From assembly GCA_965262915.1 (NCBI GenBank), contig OZ253564.1, forward strand, positions 3,840,001 through 3,904,000: DNA of 64,000 nt. The letters run 5' to 3'. This document shows positions 49,309 through 58,826 of the stretch, piece by piece. A program made the position numbers and the translations under genes. Within the stretch, counting starts at the first letter, position 1, and every line of letters begins with the position of its first letter. The stretch comes from Candidatus Spongiisociaceae bacterium. GTDB lineage: Bacteria; Actinomycetota; Acidimicrobiia; Spongiisociales; Spongiisociaceae. The notes under the pieces were generated by a model that had not been told where the DNA came from, ran no database searches, and saw only the letters and a list, made by a program, of their open reading frames with translations.

Positions 49309-49557
49309 GAGGGTCCCCGAATGGGTGCTCACCTTGGGGGAACAGAGCATGCGACGATTCATGAGTTGACATCGATTACCAGGTGTTTCCCGATCTGCGG
49401 CCGGATAGGGCTAACGACAGGAGCGATCGACCTCCGCCTATCGCCCGTGTAGTCATTTCGAGGCGGCTGCTGGTCGAGAAACCCCAGGTCATCGCGGGCG
49501 GCTCTTGAAATGTCGCAACCCGTGTCTCCCCAGGTGAGCACCTATCCGCTAGCCCTC
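49309..49557. repeat. Two head-to-head degenerate family A elements in the ubiD/idi divergent region
   Basis: GAGGGT...GGTGCTCACC.TGGGGGAACA at the left end and TCCCCAGGTGAGCACCTATCCGCTAGCCCTC-TAA at the right end. Confidence 0.6.
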
Positions 49558-49628
49558 TAAGATGCTTGATCACCGAACATCGCACCACGACATCTCGAGT
49601 CCTTCCGCCCATCGAGGGGAGCAAATAG

Positions 49629-50723
49629 GTGACCATCATCGAGAACCGCAAGCGCGAACACATCGAGCTGGCGCTCTCGGAAGGTTCTCAGAGTCGTTGC
49701 TCCGCACTCTGGGAGGATGTTCGCCTCGTACCCGAGTCCGTACCGGATATCGGCCCGACCGACGTGGATCTCTCCGTCGAGTTCCTCGGCCATCGGCTGT
49801 CCACCCCGCTCGTGATCAGCGGGATGACGGGAGGACACGCGCGAGCGCTCGAGATCAACCGGAATCTGGCGGTGGCAGCCGAGGAGTTGGGGCTCGCGAT
49901 CGGGGTCGGCAGCCAGCGGGCTGCCTTGGCGAACCCGAACCTTATCGACACCTACTCGGTCATACGCACTCGGGCTCGCGGAGCGTTTGTCATCGGCAAC
50001 ATCGGCATGAGCCAACTGGTAGGCCAGAACGGCGATCCGCCGCTGGGCAGGGCAGAGATCGAACAGGCGGTGTCCATGATCGATGCCGACGCACTAGCCG
50101 TCCATCTGAATGCGGTCGAAGAACTCATACAGCCTGAAGGCGACCGGAACATGAGAGGGCTAACCGCCGGGATCGGCAACGCCGTGCGGTGGTCACCCGT
50201 TCCTGTCATCGGCAAGGAAACGGGTGCCGGCATGGCGAGAGAGTCGGCCACCAAGCTTGCCGCAACGGGTGTGGCAGCCCTCGATGTCGGAGGCGCAGGA
50301 GGTACGAGCTTCGCCCGGATCGAGGCCCTCCGTGCGCAGGCGGTGGACGACACGACCGGTGTAAGGATCGGACGGACCTTCGCCGACTGGGGGCTTCCCA
50401 CCGTGCTTTCGCTCCTCGAGGCGGGATCGGCGGGACTGCCGTTGATCGGTACGGGCGGGGTACGCAACGGACTCCATGCCGCCAAGGCCATGGCCCTGGG
50501 TGCATCTCTCGTCGGAATGGGCGGCCCCTTCATTCGAGCTGCGCTCACGGGCCCCGAAGCTGTCATCGCAGAGGGGCGGCTGGTGCTCGAAGAACTCAGA
50601 GTGGCGATGGTCCTGACGGGTGCGAGGGACATCGCTTCGCTTCGTGGGATGCAACCCGTGCTGGTGGGGAGGGTGGCGGAATGGCTCGCCTCGAGGCGCA
50701 GGACCGGCTCATCAGGATCATGA
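49629..50723 (+). CDS. fni: Type 2 isopentenyl-diphosphate delta-isomerase (IDI-2)
   Basis: RKREHI, SGMTGG, GVGSQR, GNIG, HLN...E..QPEGD, KETGAG, GAGGTSF, WGLPT, GGVRNG. Confidence 0.88.
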   Translation: MTIIENRKREHIELALSEGSQSRCSALWEDVRLVPESVPDIGPTDVDLSVEFLGHRLSTPLVISGMTGGHARALEINRNLAVAAEELGLAIGVGSQRAALANPNLIDTYSVIRTRARGAFVIGNIGMSQLVGQNGDPPLGRAEIEQAVSMIDADALAVHLNAVEELIQPEGDRNMRGLTAGIGNAVRWSPVPVIGKETGAGMARESATKLAATGVAALDVGGAGGTSFARIEALRAQAVDDTTGVRIGRTFADWGLPTVLSLLEAGSAGLPLIGTGGVRNGLHAAKAMALGASLVGMGGPFIRAALTGPEAVIAEGRLVLEELRVAMVLTGARDIASLRGMQPVLVGRVAEWLASRRRTGSSGS

Positions 50724-50747
50724 CCGAGGGGAAACGAGGGAGGCCGG

Positions 50748-51221
50748 ATGTCACGGATTGAAGACAGCGAGCTCAGCCCCGACCTGATGGATCTGCTCGA
50801 CGGAACCGACCTTGACAGCAAAGTGGGCGAGACCGTTCTCCTCCTGACCGTCAGCGAGACCGGCTGGCCCCACCTTGCCATGCTGAGCGTCGGCGAGTTG
50901 CTCGCTGTGCAGCCCGACGAGGTGCGGATCGCTCTGTGGTCCGGCACCCGAACCGGCAACAACCTGCGCCGCACCTCCAAGGGAACTCTGGCCCTCGTAC
51001 ACGGCGGCGCCGGCCACTACATCGAACTGCAGGTAACCGATGCGGGAACTCTCGAAGTCGGCAGCAAGGCCCTGGACTCCTTCTCCTGCAGCGTGACGAA
51101 GGTCCTCTCCGACGTCGTGGGCTACGCGAAGCTGACCACCGGCATCCGTTTCGAGCTTCCCCGACGGGAAGCTGTGGTACCTCGTTGGGAACGCACCGTG
51201 GCGGCAATGCGGACCGCCTGA
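50748..51221 (+). CDS. Pyridoxamine 5'-phosphate oxidase-like split-barrel flavin-binding protein
   Basis: LLTVSETGWPHLAMLSVGE...ALW.GTRT..NLRR; GGAGG RBS. Confidence 0.75.
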   Translation: MSRIEDSELSPDLMDLLDGTDLDSKVGETVLLLTVSETGWPHLAMLSVGELLAVQPDEVRIALWSGTRTGNNLRRTSKGTLALVHGGAGHYIELQVTDAGTLEVGSKALDSFSCSVTKVLSDVVGYAKLTTGIRFELPRREAVVPRWERTVAAMRTA

Positions 51222-51442
51222 CGATTGACCTTCCCACCCGCCCGTGAGGTAGAAACAGAAAGAGGGCCGGCCCCGGACGCCGCACTTCGATACCTCCTCT
51301 TGCCGGTGGTCGGAGTTCGTCGGGGCTGGTCGACGACGTGTACAACATCGGACCCATCTATCCGTCGGACAGCCCACGCTCAATCCGGACAGATCGCGAA
51401 AACCGCCGCGCTAGTCCTCGACCTCAGGCCCACAGCCCCGGC

Positions 51443-52222
51443 CTACTCCCGGAGTCCGGCCCGAATCTCGTTGACCAGACGGAAGAAGCGGTCGTCTTCG
51501 CGCGTCCGCTCATCCCTCGGATGCGGCAGATCGATGTGTCTGTCGAGAACTATCTTGCCGGGCCTCGGACTCATCACCAGGACGCGGTTGGAGAGGAACA
51601 CGGCCTCGGGAATCGAATGCGTGATGAAGAGGATTGTGGTGTGGGTGGTTTCCCAGATCCGTTGCAGTTCGGCATTCATACGTTCTCTCGTGATCTCGTC
51701 CAGAGCACCGAAGGGCTCGTCCATCAGCAAGATGTCGGGGTTGAACGAGAGGGCACGGGCGATCGACACCCGCTGCTGCATACCACCCGAGAGCTGCCAG
51801 GGGCTCTTGCGAGCAAAGTCGTCGAGGGCGACCAACTCCAGCATCTCCGTAGCGCGGCGACGACGCTCGGCCCGGCTGAGGCTCATCACCTCCAGGGGAA
51901 GCTCGACGTTTCGTCGAACCGAACGCCATGCATACAGCACGGGGTTCTGGAAGACCACGCCGATGGCCCGGCTCTGCCTGGCTTCCCGAGCGCTCTGGCC
52001 TGCCACCCTGATCGACCCGGACGACGGAGGCAACAGGTCGGCTATCAGTCTGAGCATGGTCGACTTGCCACATCCCGAAGGTCCGACGATCGAGACGAAC
52101 TCGTTCTGCCCGACTGAGAACGAGATGTCCTCCACCGCGACGACAGCATCGTAGGTTTTACCGAAGCGCTTGGTGACATCGCGCACCTCTATGGCGTGAG
52201 CAACATTGTCAACTGTGGCCAT
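51443..52222 (-). CDS. NitT/TauT-type ABC transporter ATP-binding protein
   Basis: GPSGCGKST, LSGGMQQR, LMDEPFGALD, THSIPEAVFLS.RV.VMSPRPG. Confidence 0.9.
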   Translation of the reverse strand: MATVDNVAHAIEVRDVTKRFGKTYDAVVAVEDISFSVGQNEFVSIVGPSGCGKSTMLRLIADLLPPSSGSIRVAGQSAREARQSRAIGVVFQNPVLYAWRSVRRNVELPLEVMSLSRAERRRRATEMLELVALDDFARKSPWQLSGGMQQRVSIARALSFNPDILLMDEPFGALDEITRERMNAELQRIWETTHTTILFITHSIPEAVFLSNRVLVMSPRPGKIVLDRHIDLPHPRDERTREDDRFFRLVNEIRAGLRE

Positions 52223-52376
52223 CAGCCCATCCTCCGGCTATGCCCGGCTTCTCGACCGAGGTGGTTGCCGGCCACCTCGCAACCCGGATCGGTAACAATG
52301 TAGCCGCGGTCCGCTCCCCGGTCGTGTCGCCTCATCTGGAAGCTGCTGCGGTAGCCACGCCGGCGCCATTGCGATC

Positions 52377-52481
52377 TAGGAGGGTGGTGCGAAACCCCTT
52401 CACGGCCCGTCGACCGATGACATAGTGTCTGTTCAGAGGAAGACGGGCCCTTGCTCCCCACCGTTTTAGACCACCCTCCTA
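52377..52481. repeat. MITE-like element, family B, copy 1 (105 bp)
   Basis: TAGGAGGGTGGT ... ACCACCCTCCTA; internal GGCCCGTC/GACGGGCC stem. Confidence 0.7.
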
Positions 52482-52493
52482 AGCGCGGCACCT

Positions 52494-53861
52494 TCACCGC
52501 ATTCCCAACCACTGCGACCAATCCGGGACCTGGTCGACACCTGGGATCTCCACCACCTCGGCGAACTCTGCGCCATACGGAATCGTCGCATCGATGCCCA
52601 TCAGCGACGACCCGAACTTGCTCGGCGCGGAGGGGTCGAGCTGGCCTCCGGCCGCGCGCGGGATGATGATCACGTCTTCCGCAGGCTGAGCACGCGTGAG
52701 CACCGCCCACCAGACCTTGGCGGTGTCATAGATATCGATGTCGTCGTCCACCACTATCACCACCTTCGGATGTGCAACGCTTCCCAGGGCTGCCAGCAGC
52801 ACGTTCTTCGCCTGGTTCACGTACCGCTGCTTCATACCGATGACCGCCAGGAACTCCGCCCCGCCCTCCGGCGCGTAGCGGACCCCGGTGATATCGGGAT
52901 ATACCTGCCTCATGGCCTTCAGCAGGTTGGCTTCCATCGGAAGCAGCTTGAGGACGTGGTTCTCCGTTACCGGGATGCCGGTCAGCCCGGCCTGGTAGAT
53001 GGGGTCGATGCGGGAGGTGATCGCGGTGCACGTGAACACCGGCTCGGGCCCTCCGGGCCCTACGTAGCCGGTCATCTCCCCGAACGGTCCTTCTTCACGC
53101 CGAACGTGAGGTTCGAGGTATCCCTCGATGACCAACTCGGACGTAGCCGGCACCTCCAAGTCTATTGTCCGGCATTTTACGAGCTCGACGGGCGATCCGT
53201 GCAGCCCTCCCGCTATGGCAAGCTCGTCAACACCGAAGGGCACCCGGGCCTGCGTCGCCAGTTGGATTACCGGGTCCACACCGATGGCCACGGCTACCTC
53301 CAGGCGCTGTCCGAGCTCTTCGGCGTGGGTACGGATTGCATCGAAGTCCGAGTATGGGCTGACGGCCAACCCCATTTCGGTGGGACCGTAGAGCTGCATC
53401 CGGTAGATGCCGGCATTCCGCTCGCCGCTGATCGGGTCTCTGGCTATCTCGACCCCCACTGTGATGAACGGGCCGGGGTCCTGTTTCGAGTACGTGGGGA
53501 TGGGAAGGGTGGTGAGATCGACGTCATCGCCGGTGATGACGATCTCCTGGCACGGCCCGTCGTCCACGAGCACCGGCGGGATGGGATTGTCCAGGCCGTT
53601 GATGAACACCTCGAGCGCGTCGCCCGGTCCGGCCGCCCGTAGCGCATGCTCGGCCTTGGACGGTGAGCAGAAGACGCCTGCCGCCACCCTCATCTCGCTC
53701 CCCTTTGCTTCATCGAAGAGGAAGGCCGGCCCCAGCATGTCGGAGCTCTTCCGTATGTACGCCGCTACCTCGTAGAGAGGGTCGACAGGTCCCGGGATAT
53801 GGGCAAGCTCGCCCTTGTCGGACAGGTAGCTCAGAAACCCGCGCAGATCCTTGTGCAGCAT
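52494..53861 (-). CDS. UbiD-family (prFMN-dependent) decarboxylase 2
   Basis: DLRGFL, DPGPFIT.G, NAGIYR, VPATSELVIEG, EGPFGEMTGY, VVDDDIDI, LDPS, GIDAT. Confidence 0.93.
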   Translation of the reverse strand: MLHKDLRGFLSYLSDKGELAHIPGPVDPLYEVAAYIRKSSDMLGPAFLFDEAKGSEMRVAAGVFCSPSKAEHALRAAGPGDALEVFINGLDNPIPPVLVDDGPCQEIVITGDDVDLTTLPIPTYSKQDPGPFITVGVEIARDPISGERNAGIYRMQLYGPTEMGLAVSPYSDFDAIRTHAEELGQRLEVAVAIGVDPVIQLATQARVPFGVDELAIAGGLHGSPVELVKCRTIDLEVPATSELVIEGYLEPHVRREEGPFGEMTGYVGPGGPEPVFTCTAITSRIDPIYQAGLTGIPVTENHVLKLLPMEANLLKAMRQVYPDITGVRYAPEGGAEFLAVIGMKQRYVNQAKNVLLAALGSVAHPKVVIVVDDDIDIYDTAKVWWAVLTRAQPAEDVIIIPRAAGGQLDPSAPSKFGSSLMGIDATIPYGAEFAEVVEIPGVDQVPDWSQWLGMR

Positions 53862-53871
53862 GATTCTCTCC

Positions 53872-53976
53872 TAGGAGGGTGGTCAAGACCTCCGGTTGGC
53901 CCGGCGGTCGATGAGAAAATACCTGGTCAGTGGACGACGGGCCAACCATCTACCGGTTTTTTTGAGCACCCTCCTA
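53872..53976. repeat. MITE-like element, family B, copy 2 (105 bp)
   Basis: TAGGAGGGTGGTCAA ... TTGAGCACCCTCCTA; internal TTGGCCCG/CGGGCCAA stem. Confidence 0.7.
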
Positions 53977-56397
53977 TTGTCGAAGTCGATCGGCCGGCGA
54001 ACCCGTCGCCGTAGCGGCCCGAATGGCTTCCCAGACTCTTGAGGGCGTCATCGGGATCTCGTTGATGCGAGCGTCATAGTCGCGGAGCGCGTCCTCGACG
54101 GCGCTGACCACCGAGCTCAGCGCGCATCCGAGCCCGGACTCCCCCGCACCCTTCGTACCCAGCGGCGTGAATGGTGACGGGTAGACCTGGTGGGCGACCT
54201 CTACGCGTGGCATCTCGACCGCGGTCGGGATCGTGTAGTCCATGAGGGTGGCGGTCTGGATCTGGCCGGACTCGTCGTATCTGATCTCCTCGTACAGGGC
54301 ACCGCCCAGCGCCTGGGCGGTCGCCCCGTGCAGGTTCGCATCGACGAGCAACGGGTTAACGATGTTCCCCGCGTCCTCGACCAGGTAGTAGTCGAGCACC
54401 TCGACCATGCCCGTCTCCGGATCCACAGCCACGACGCACGCAGCCGCAGCGCTCGGCCAGGTCGGGTAGGCGTTGAACCGTCCCTGGGTGGCCGGCTGGT
54501 GGTAGATGTTCTCGGCCCGGTAGTAACGGGTCACCTCCAGCCCGGGCTCGACGTTCTCGGTGGCCGGGCCGTAGGGCCGCCTGTACATCTCGTCCGCGAC
54601 ATCCGAGATACGGACCGAACGCTGCTGAGCACCGATCACGCTGATGCGGCCGTCCGAAGCTTCCAGATCCTCCGGCGAAACCTCCAGCATGTTGGCGGCC
54701 ACCTTCATGAGCCGGGCCTTCAGCTCGGCCGCAGCCTTGCCGACCGCCGACCCCCCGATGATCACGCCTCGCGAGCTGTAGTTCCCGAGACCCCAGGGAC
54801 AGATGACGGTGTCCCCCTGCACAACTCGCACGTCGTCGAACCGGCAGCCCAGACTGTCGGCCGCGATCTGTGCCAGGGCCGTCTCGTTCCCGTTGCCCGG
54901 AGAGGTGACGCCGCTCAACACGGTGACCTCCCCGGTAGGACCTACCCGCACGGTCGCTCCGTCGTACGCGGATATCATCACCGAGCCCGGCATGGCGCAT
55001 CCCTCGGGTGTGAGTTCATAGCCGATCCCGATGCCGATATGGCGGCCCCGCTCGCGCTCGCCCCGGCGGCGCTCCTCGAACCCTTCGTAGTTGACCAACT
55101 CCATCGCGGCCCGCAGGGTTGCGTGGTAGTCACCGCTCCCTATGATGCCGCCCCCCTCCCGAGCGAAGGGGAACTCCTCGGACCGCAGGAAGTTACGCAT
55201 CCGTACCTCTCCTCGGTCGAGGCCGGTTGCTCGCGCCACTTCATCCATCACCCGTTCGAGCCAGAGATTGGCGATGTCCTTGCCGAAGCCTCGGTAGGAG
55301 TTCCAGGGCGTCTTGTTGGTGACGACCGTGGTCAACCGGACGCGGGTGTTGGGAATGCGGTACGGGCCGGGAATGAGGCCGCTGGCGGCGAAGGTCATGC
55401 CCCATCCGACCAGGCTGGTCGGAGCACCCACGTCGGCGAGGATCCGAACATCGATACCGGTTACCACACCTTGGTCGTCATAACCGGCCTTGACCCTGGC
55501 CGTCATCTCGCGAGCGTGACCTATGGATGCGAAGTTCTCGTCGCGCGACTCGATCCACTTGATGGTCCGGCGAAGCTTGAAGGCCAGGTAGGCGATGAGC
55601 GGCTCTTCTTGGAAGGTCGGCTGTTTGAGCCCGAACGCTCCACCCACCTGCGGCTGTATCACCCTGATACGGGATTCCCGGATGCCCAGAGTCTGGGCAA
55701 GATAGACGCGTAGGGGATGCGGGTTCTGGGTGGAGTCCCAAAGCGTGAGGGTCTCCCGTTTGCGATCGAAGGAAGCGAGCAAGCCCCGCGGCTCGATGGG
55801 AACACCCGTTCCACGATTGCTCGTGACCTCGGTTTCGACGATTCCCTTCGCTTCGGCGAACGCATCGGCAACGTCGCCCACCTTGAGGTCGCGTCTCACC
55901 AGGACGTTGGTGCCCCAGTCGGGCTCGACAAGCGCCGCACCCGGTTCGAGAGCAGCCCCCACATCGGCGACGGCCGTGAGAGGCTCGTAGTCCACATCGA
56001 TGTGACCGAGAGCAAGATTCGCAGCGTGCTTCGTCTCCGCGACGACCGCCGCCACCGCCTCGCCGACGTAGCGAGCCCGATCAACGCACAACGCGTACCA
56101 CCGGACCTGGTGGGCGCCGATGGCAGCCGTGTCCCAACCCTGAGGTATCGGGTTGGTGTGAGCCGCGATCTCGGCGCCGGTGACAACGGCCACAACGCCG
56201 GGGAGTGCCTCAGCACGCGACGTGTCGATAGAGCAGATCAGGGCATGGGCGTGCGGGCTGCGGAGGACCGCCATGAAGTTCATGACGCCGGGAGGCCGGA
56301 CATCGTCCACGTAGATGCCCCGGCCTGCGACCAGAGTCCTGTTGGTGCGACCCGGGTAGCGCTTCCCTACGTGGGTGTCGGCAGCAGGAGAACTCAT
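53974..56397 (-). CDS. Xanthine dehydrogenase family Mo-binding large subunit (L2)
   Basis: VGGAFGLK, SYRGFGK, GNGNET, SSR, KGAGES. Confidence 0.9.
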   Translation of the reverse strand: MSSPAADTHVGKRYPGRTNRTLVAGRGIYVDDVRPPGVMNFMAVLRSPHAHALICSIDTSRAEALPGVVAVVTGAEIAAHTNPIPQGWDTAAIGAHQVRWYALCVDRARYVGEAVAAVVAETKHAANLALGHIDVDYEPLTAVADVGAALEPGAALVEPDWGTNVLVRRDLKVGDVADAFAEAKGIVETEVTSNRGTGVPIEPRGLLASFDRKRETLTLWDSTQNPHPLRVYLAQTLGIRESRIRVIQPQVGGAFGLKQPTFQEEPLIAYLAFKLRRTIKWIESRDENFASIGHAREMTARVKAGYDDQGVVTGIDVRILADVGAPTSLVGWGMTFAASGLIPGPYRIPNTRVRLTTVVTNKTPWNSYRGFGKDIANLWLERVMDEVARATGLDRGEVRMRNFLRSEEFPFAREGGGIIGSGDYHATLRAAMELVNYEGFEERRRGERERGRHIGIGIGYELTPEGCAMPGSVMISAYDGATVRVGPTGEVTVLSGVTSPGNGNETALAQIAADSLGCRFDDVRVVQGDTVICPWGLGNYSSRGVIIGGSAVGKAAAELKARLMKVAANMLEVSPEDLEASDGRISVIGAQQRSVRISDVADEMYRRPYGPATENVEPGLEVTRYYRAENIYHQPATQGRFNAYPTWPSAAAACVVAVDPETGMVEVLDYYLVEDAGNIVNPLLVDANLHGATAQALGGALYEEIRYDESGQIQTATLMDYTIPTAVEMPRVEVAHQVYPSPFTPLGTKGAGESGLGCALSSVVSAVEDALRDYDARINEIPMTPSRVWEAIRAATATGSPADRLRQ

Positions 56398-58826
56398 CGT
56401 CGTTCCTCCTCTTCCGATCGAGCCCGCGCCGCCCTGATGGCGTTCCAGACCCGCGCAGGGGAAAGCGGCAGTTCCTCGAACCAGACCTCAAGATGGGGAA
56501 ACGCATCTTCGATCGCGTTGCACACCGCTCCAAGCGCCGCGCCGAGCCCCGACTCTCCCACCCCCTTGGCGCCCAGCGGTGTGAAGGGGGACGGGGTGTG
56601 TTGATGCCGGACATCGAAGCGGGGAAGCTCCACCGCCGTGGGAATCGTATAATCCATGAGCGTGGCTGTGATCAACTGCCCGTTGTCGTCGTAACTCACC
56701 TGCTCGTAGAGCACGCTTCCGAGACCCTGAGCGATACCCCCGTGCATGGTGGCATCGGCTAGTAGCGGATTGATAACGGTGCCCGCATCCTCGACCATGC
56801 AGTACCGGAGGATCCTCACCCCGCCCGTATCCGGATCGACCTCGACTATGCACGCGGCCATACCGTTGGGCCAGGTCGGATAGACAGAGAAGCGGCCATC
56901 TCGCTCAGGCTGGTGGTAGATGTTGGATATCCGGAAATAGCGGGTTGCCTCCAGCCCGGGCTCCACCAGATCGGCATGTTCCTCGAAGGCATGCCAGTAG
57001 ACACGCTCCACCACCTCGGAGAACTCGACGGAGCGCGCCGGCTCTTCCACGATCCAGATGCGCCCATCCGCGGCGGCCAGGTTCTCCGGCTCGGTGGCCA
57101 GCATGGACGCCGCTACCTTGTGCATCCGCTGCCGCAGCTCCCGGCCGGCCTCGAAAACAGCCGACCCTCCGATGATGATGCTGCGCGAGCTGTAGTTTCC
57201 CAGGCCCCACGGGCAAGACTCCGTGTCTCCCTGTACGACGGTGACAAGGTCGATATCGCATGCAAGGGTGTCGGCGGCAATCTGGGCCAGCGCTGTCTCG
57301 TTACCGTTGCCCGGGGAGGTGACCCCGGTCAGCACCATCACCTCCCCGGTGGGCATGACCCTTACGGTCGCCCCGTCATACCCGTTGTTGGTGATGCTCC
57401 CCGGCATGGCCACCCCTTCGGGTGTGAGTTCCTGCCCGATACCGAGCCCGATGTACCGTCCCTCGGCCCGGGCGGCCGCCTGCATCCGGCGAAACTCCGA
57501 GTATCCGATCGACTCCAGGGCCGTATCGAGTACCTGCTCGTACGCCCCGCTGTCGAGCATGGCTCCGGACGCCTGGGAGTAGGGGAAGGCATCGCTAGGA
57601 ATGAAGTTACGGCGCCGCACATCGGCGCTCGGTATTCCGAGACTGCGGGCCACCTTCTCTACGACCCGGTCCATGAGGAAGGACGCTATGTCCTTCCCGA
57701 ACCCCCGATACGGGGTCCAGGGGCACTTGTTGGTCACGACGCTGGTGAGGTGGACGCGGACGTTGTCGATCTCGTACACGGTGGGAAGGGAGTACATGGT
57801 CACGTACGACATTCCCCAACCCAGATAGGACGTGGGCGCTCCGACATCGGCGACGATCTCGACCGAGAGCGCGGTGATGTTCCCATCCGACTCGAACCCC
57901 ACCCGGTACCGGCACTCGGTCTCCCTGGCGTGGCCCCCGACCATGAAGCTCTCGGACCGGCTCTCCAACCACCGAAGGGGCTTCTGCAGGCGGCGAGCCG
58001 CGAACGCAACGATCACCTCCTCCTGGGAGGTCGGTTGCTTCAGGCCGAACGCACCGCCCACATCGGTCTGGATGACCCTTATGGAAGCCTCCCGCACCCC
58101 CAGGGAAGCAGCCAGGAAGGTCTGCACCTGATGAGGTTGCTGGGTTGATTCCCAGAATGTGAGCAGATCCGCGATCGGGTCGTACTCGGCCACGATGCCG
58201 CGCGGCTCGATCGGGACGCCGGTCAGGCGCTGGGACTTGACCCGTCCCGCGGCCGTGTGCTCCGCCGACGCGATGGCGACTTCGAAGTCCCCGGTTTCGA
58301 AGCCGTCGGACACGAGGATGTTGTCCTCCCACGACGGTTCGACCTTGACGGCTCCCGGACGGAGGGCCTCTTCGGCGGAGCTGATGGCGTCAAGGATCTC
58401 GTACTCGGCGTTCACATGCCCGGCAGCGGCCCTGGCGGTGTACGGGTCGGTTGCGACGACCGCTGCTACCGCTTCGCCCAGATACCGCACCCGTCCCTGG
58501 GCTAGCGCGTACCAGTCCACCCCCCTCGCTCCCGCTTCGGCCGTGTCCCAACCTTCCGGGATCGGTCGTGTTCCCTCCGCGACGTCGGTCGGGAGGATCA
58601 CGTCGACGACGCCTTCGATAGCCAGCGCTTCCGATGCGTCCACGGACAGGATCCGCGCATGGGCATGAGGGCTCCGCACCACCGTCAGGTAATGCATGTC
58701 GGCACGGTCGAGATCGCCCACGTATTCGCCGTCGCCACGCGCCAGCCGCCGGTTGTTGGCACCTACCCGAGGAGTTCCCACCGCCCTCAGCACGAGGTGT
58801 TCGACACCCGGACCTGGCCGGGTCAT
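56394..58826 (-). CDS. Xanthine dehydrogenase family Mo-binding large subunit (L3); start uncertain (58808-58868)
   Basis: VGGAFGLK, PYRGFGK, GNGNET, KGVGES; ATGA overlap with L2; close paralogue of L2. Confidence 0.9.
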   Translation of the reverse strand: MTRPGPGVEHLVLRAVGTPRVGANNRRLARGDGEYVGDLDRADMHYLTVVRSPHAHARILSVDASEALAIEGVVDVILPTDVAEGTRPIPEGWDTAEAGARGVDWYALAQGRVRYLGEAVAAVVATDPYTARAAAGHVNAEYEILDAISSAEEALRPGAVKVEPSWEDNILVSDGFETGDFEVAIASAEHTAAGRVKSQRLTGVPIEPRGIVAEYDPIADLLTFWESTQQPHQVQTFLAASLGVREASIRVIQTDVGGAFGLKQPTSQEEVIVAFAARRLQKPLRWLESRSESFMVGGHARETECRYRVGFESDGNITALSVEIVADVGAPTSYLGWGMSYVTMYSLPTVYEIDNVRVHLTSVVTNKCPWTPYRGFGKDIASFLMDRVVEKVARSLGIPSADVRRRNFIPSDAFPYSQASGAMLDSGAYEQVLDTALESIGYSEFRRMQAAARAEGRYIGLGIGQELTPEGVAMPGSITNNGYDGATVRVMPTGEVMVLTGVTSPGNGNETALAQIAADTLACDIDLVTVVQGDTESCPWGLGNYSSRSIIIGGSAVFEAGRELRQRMHKVAASMLATEPENLAAADGRIWIVEEPARSVEFSEVVERVYWHAFEEHADLVEPGLEATRYFRISNIYHQPERDGRFSVYPTWPNGMAACIVEVDPDTGGVRILRYCMVEDAGTVINPLLADATMHGGIAQGLGSVLYEQVSYDDNGQLITATLMDYTIPTAVELPRFDVRHQHTPSPFTPLGAKGVGESGLGAALGAVCNAIEDAFPHLEVWFEELPLSPARVWNAIRAARARSEEEERR

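Noticed and set aside
47623-50723. Archaeal-type mevalonate pathway (UbiD-type decarboxylase + IDI-2)
   Set aside because: No HMG-CoA synthase/reductase, mevalonate kinase, aconitase-X dehydratase or isopentenyl phosphate kinase in the window, and the context is catabolic. Not fully excluded without a phylogeny.
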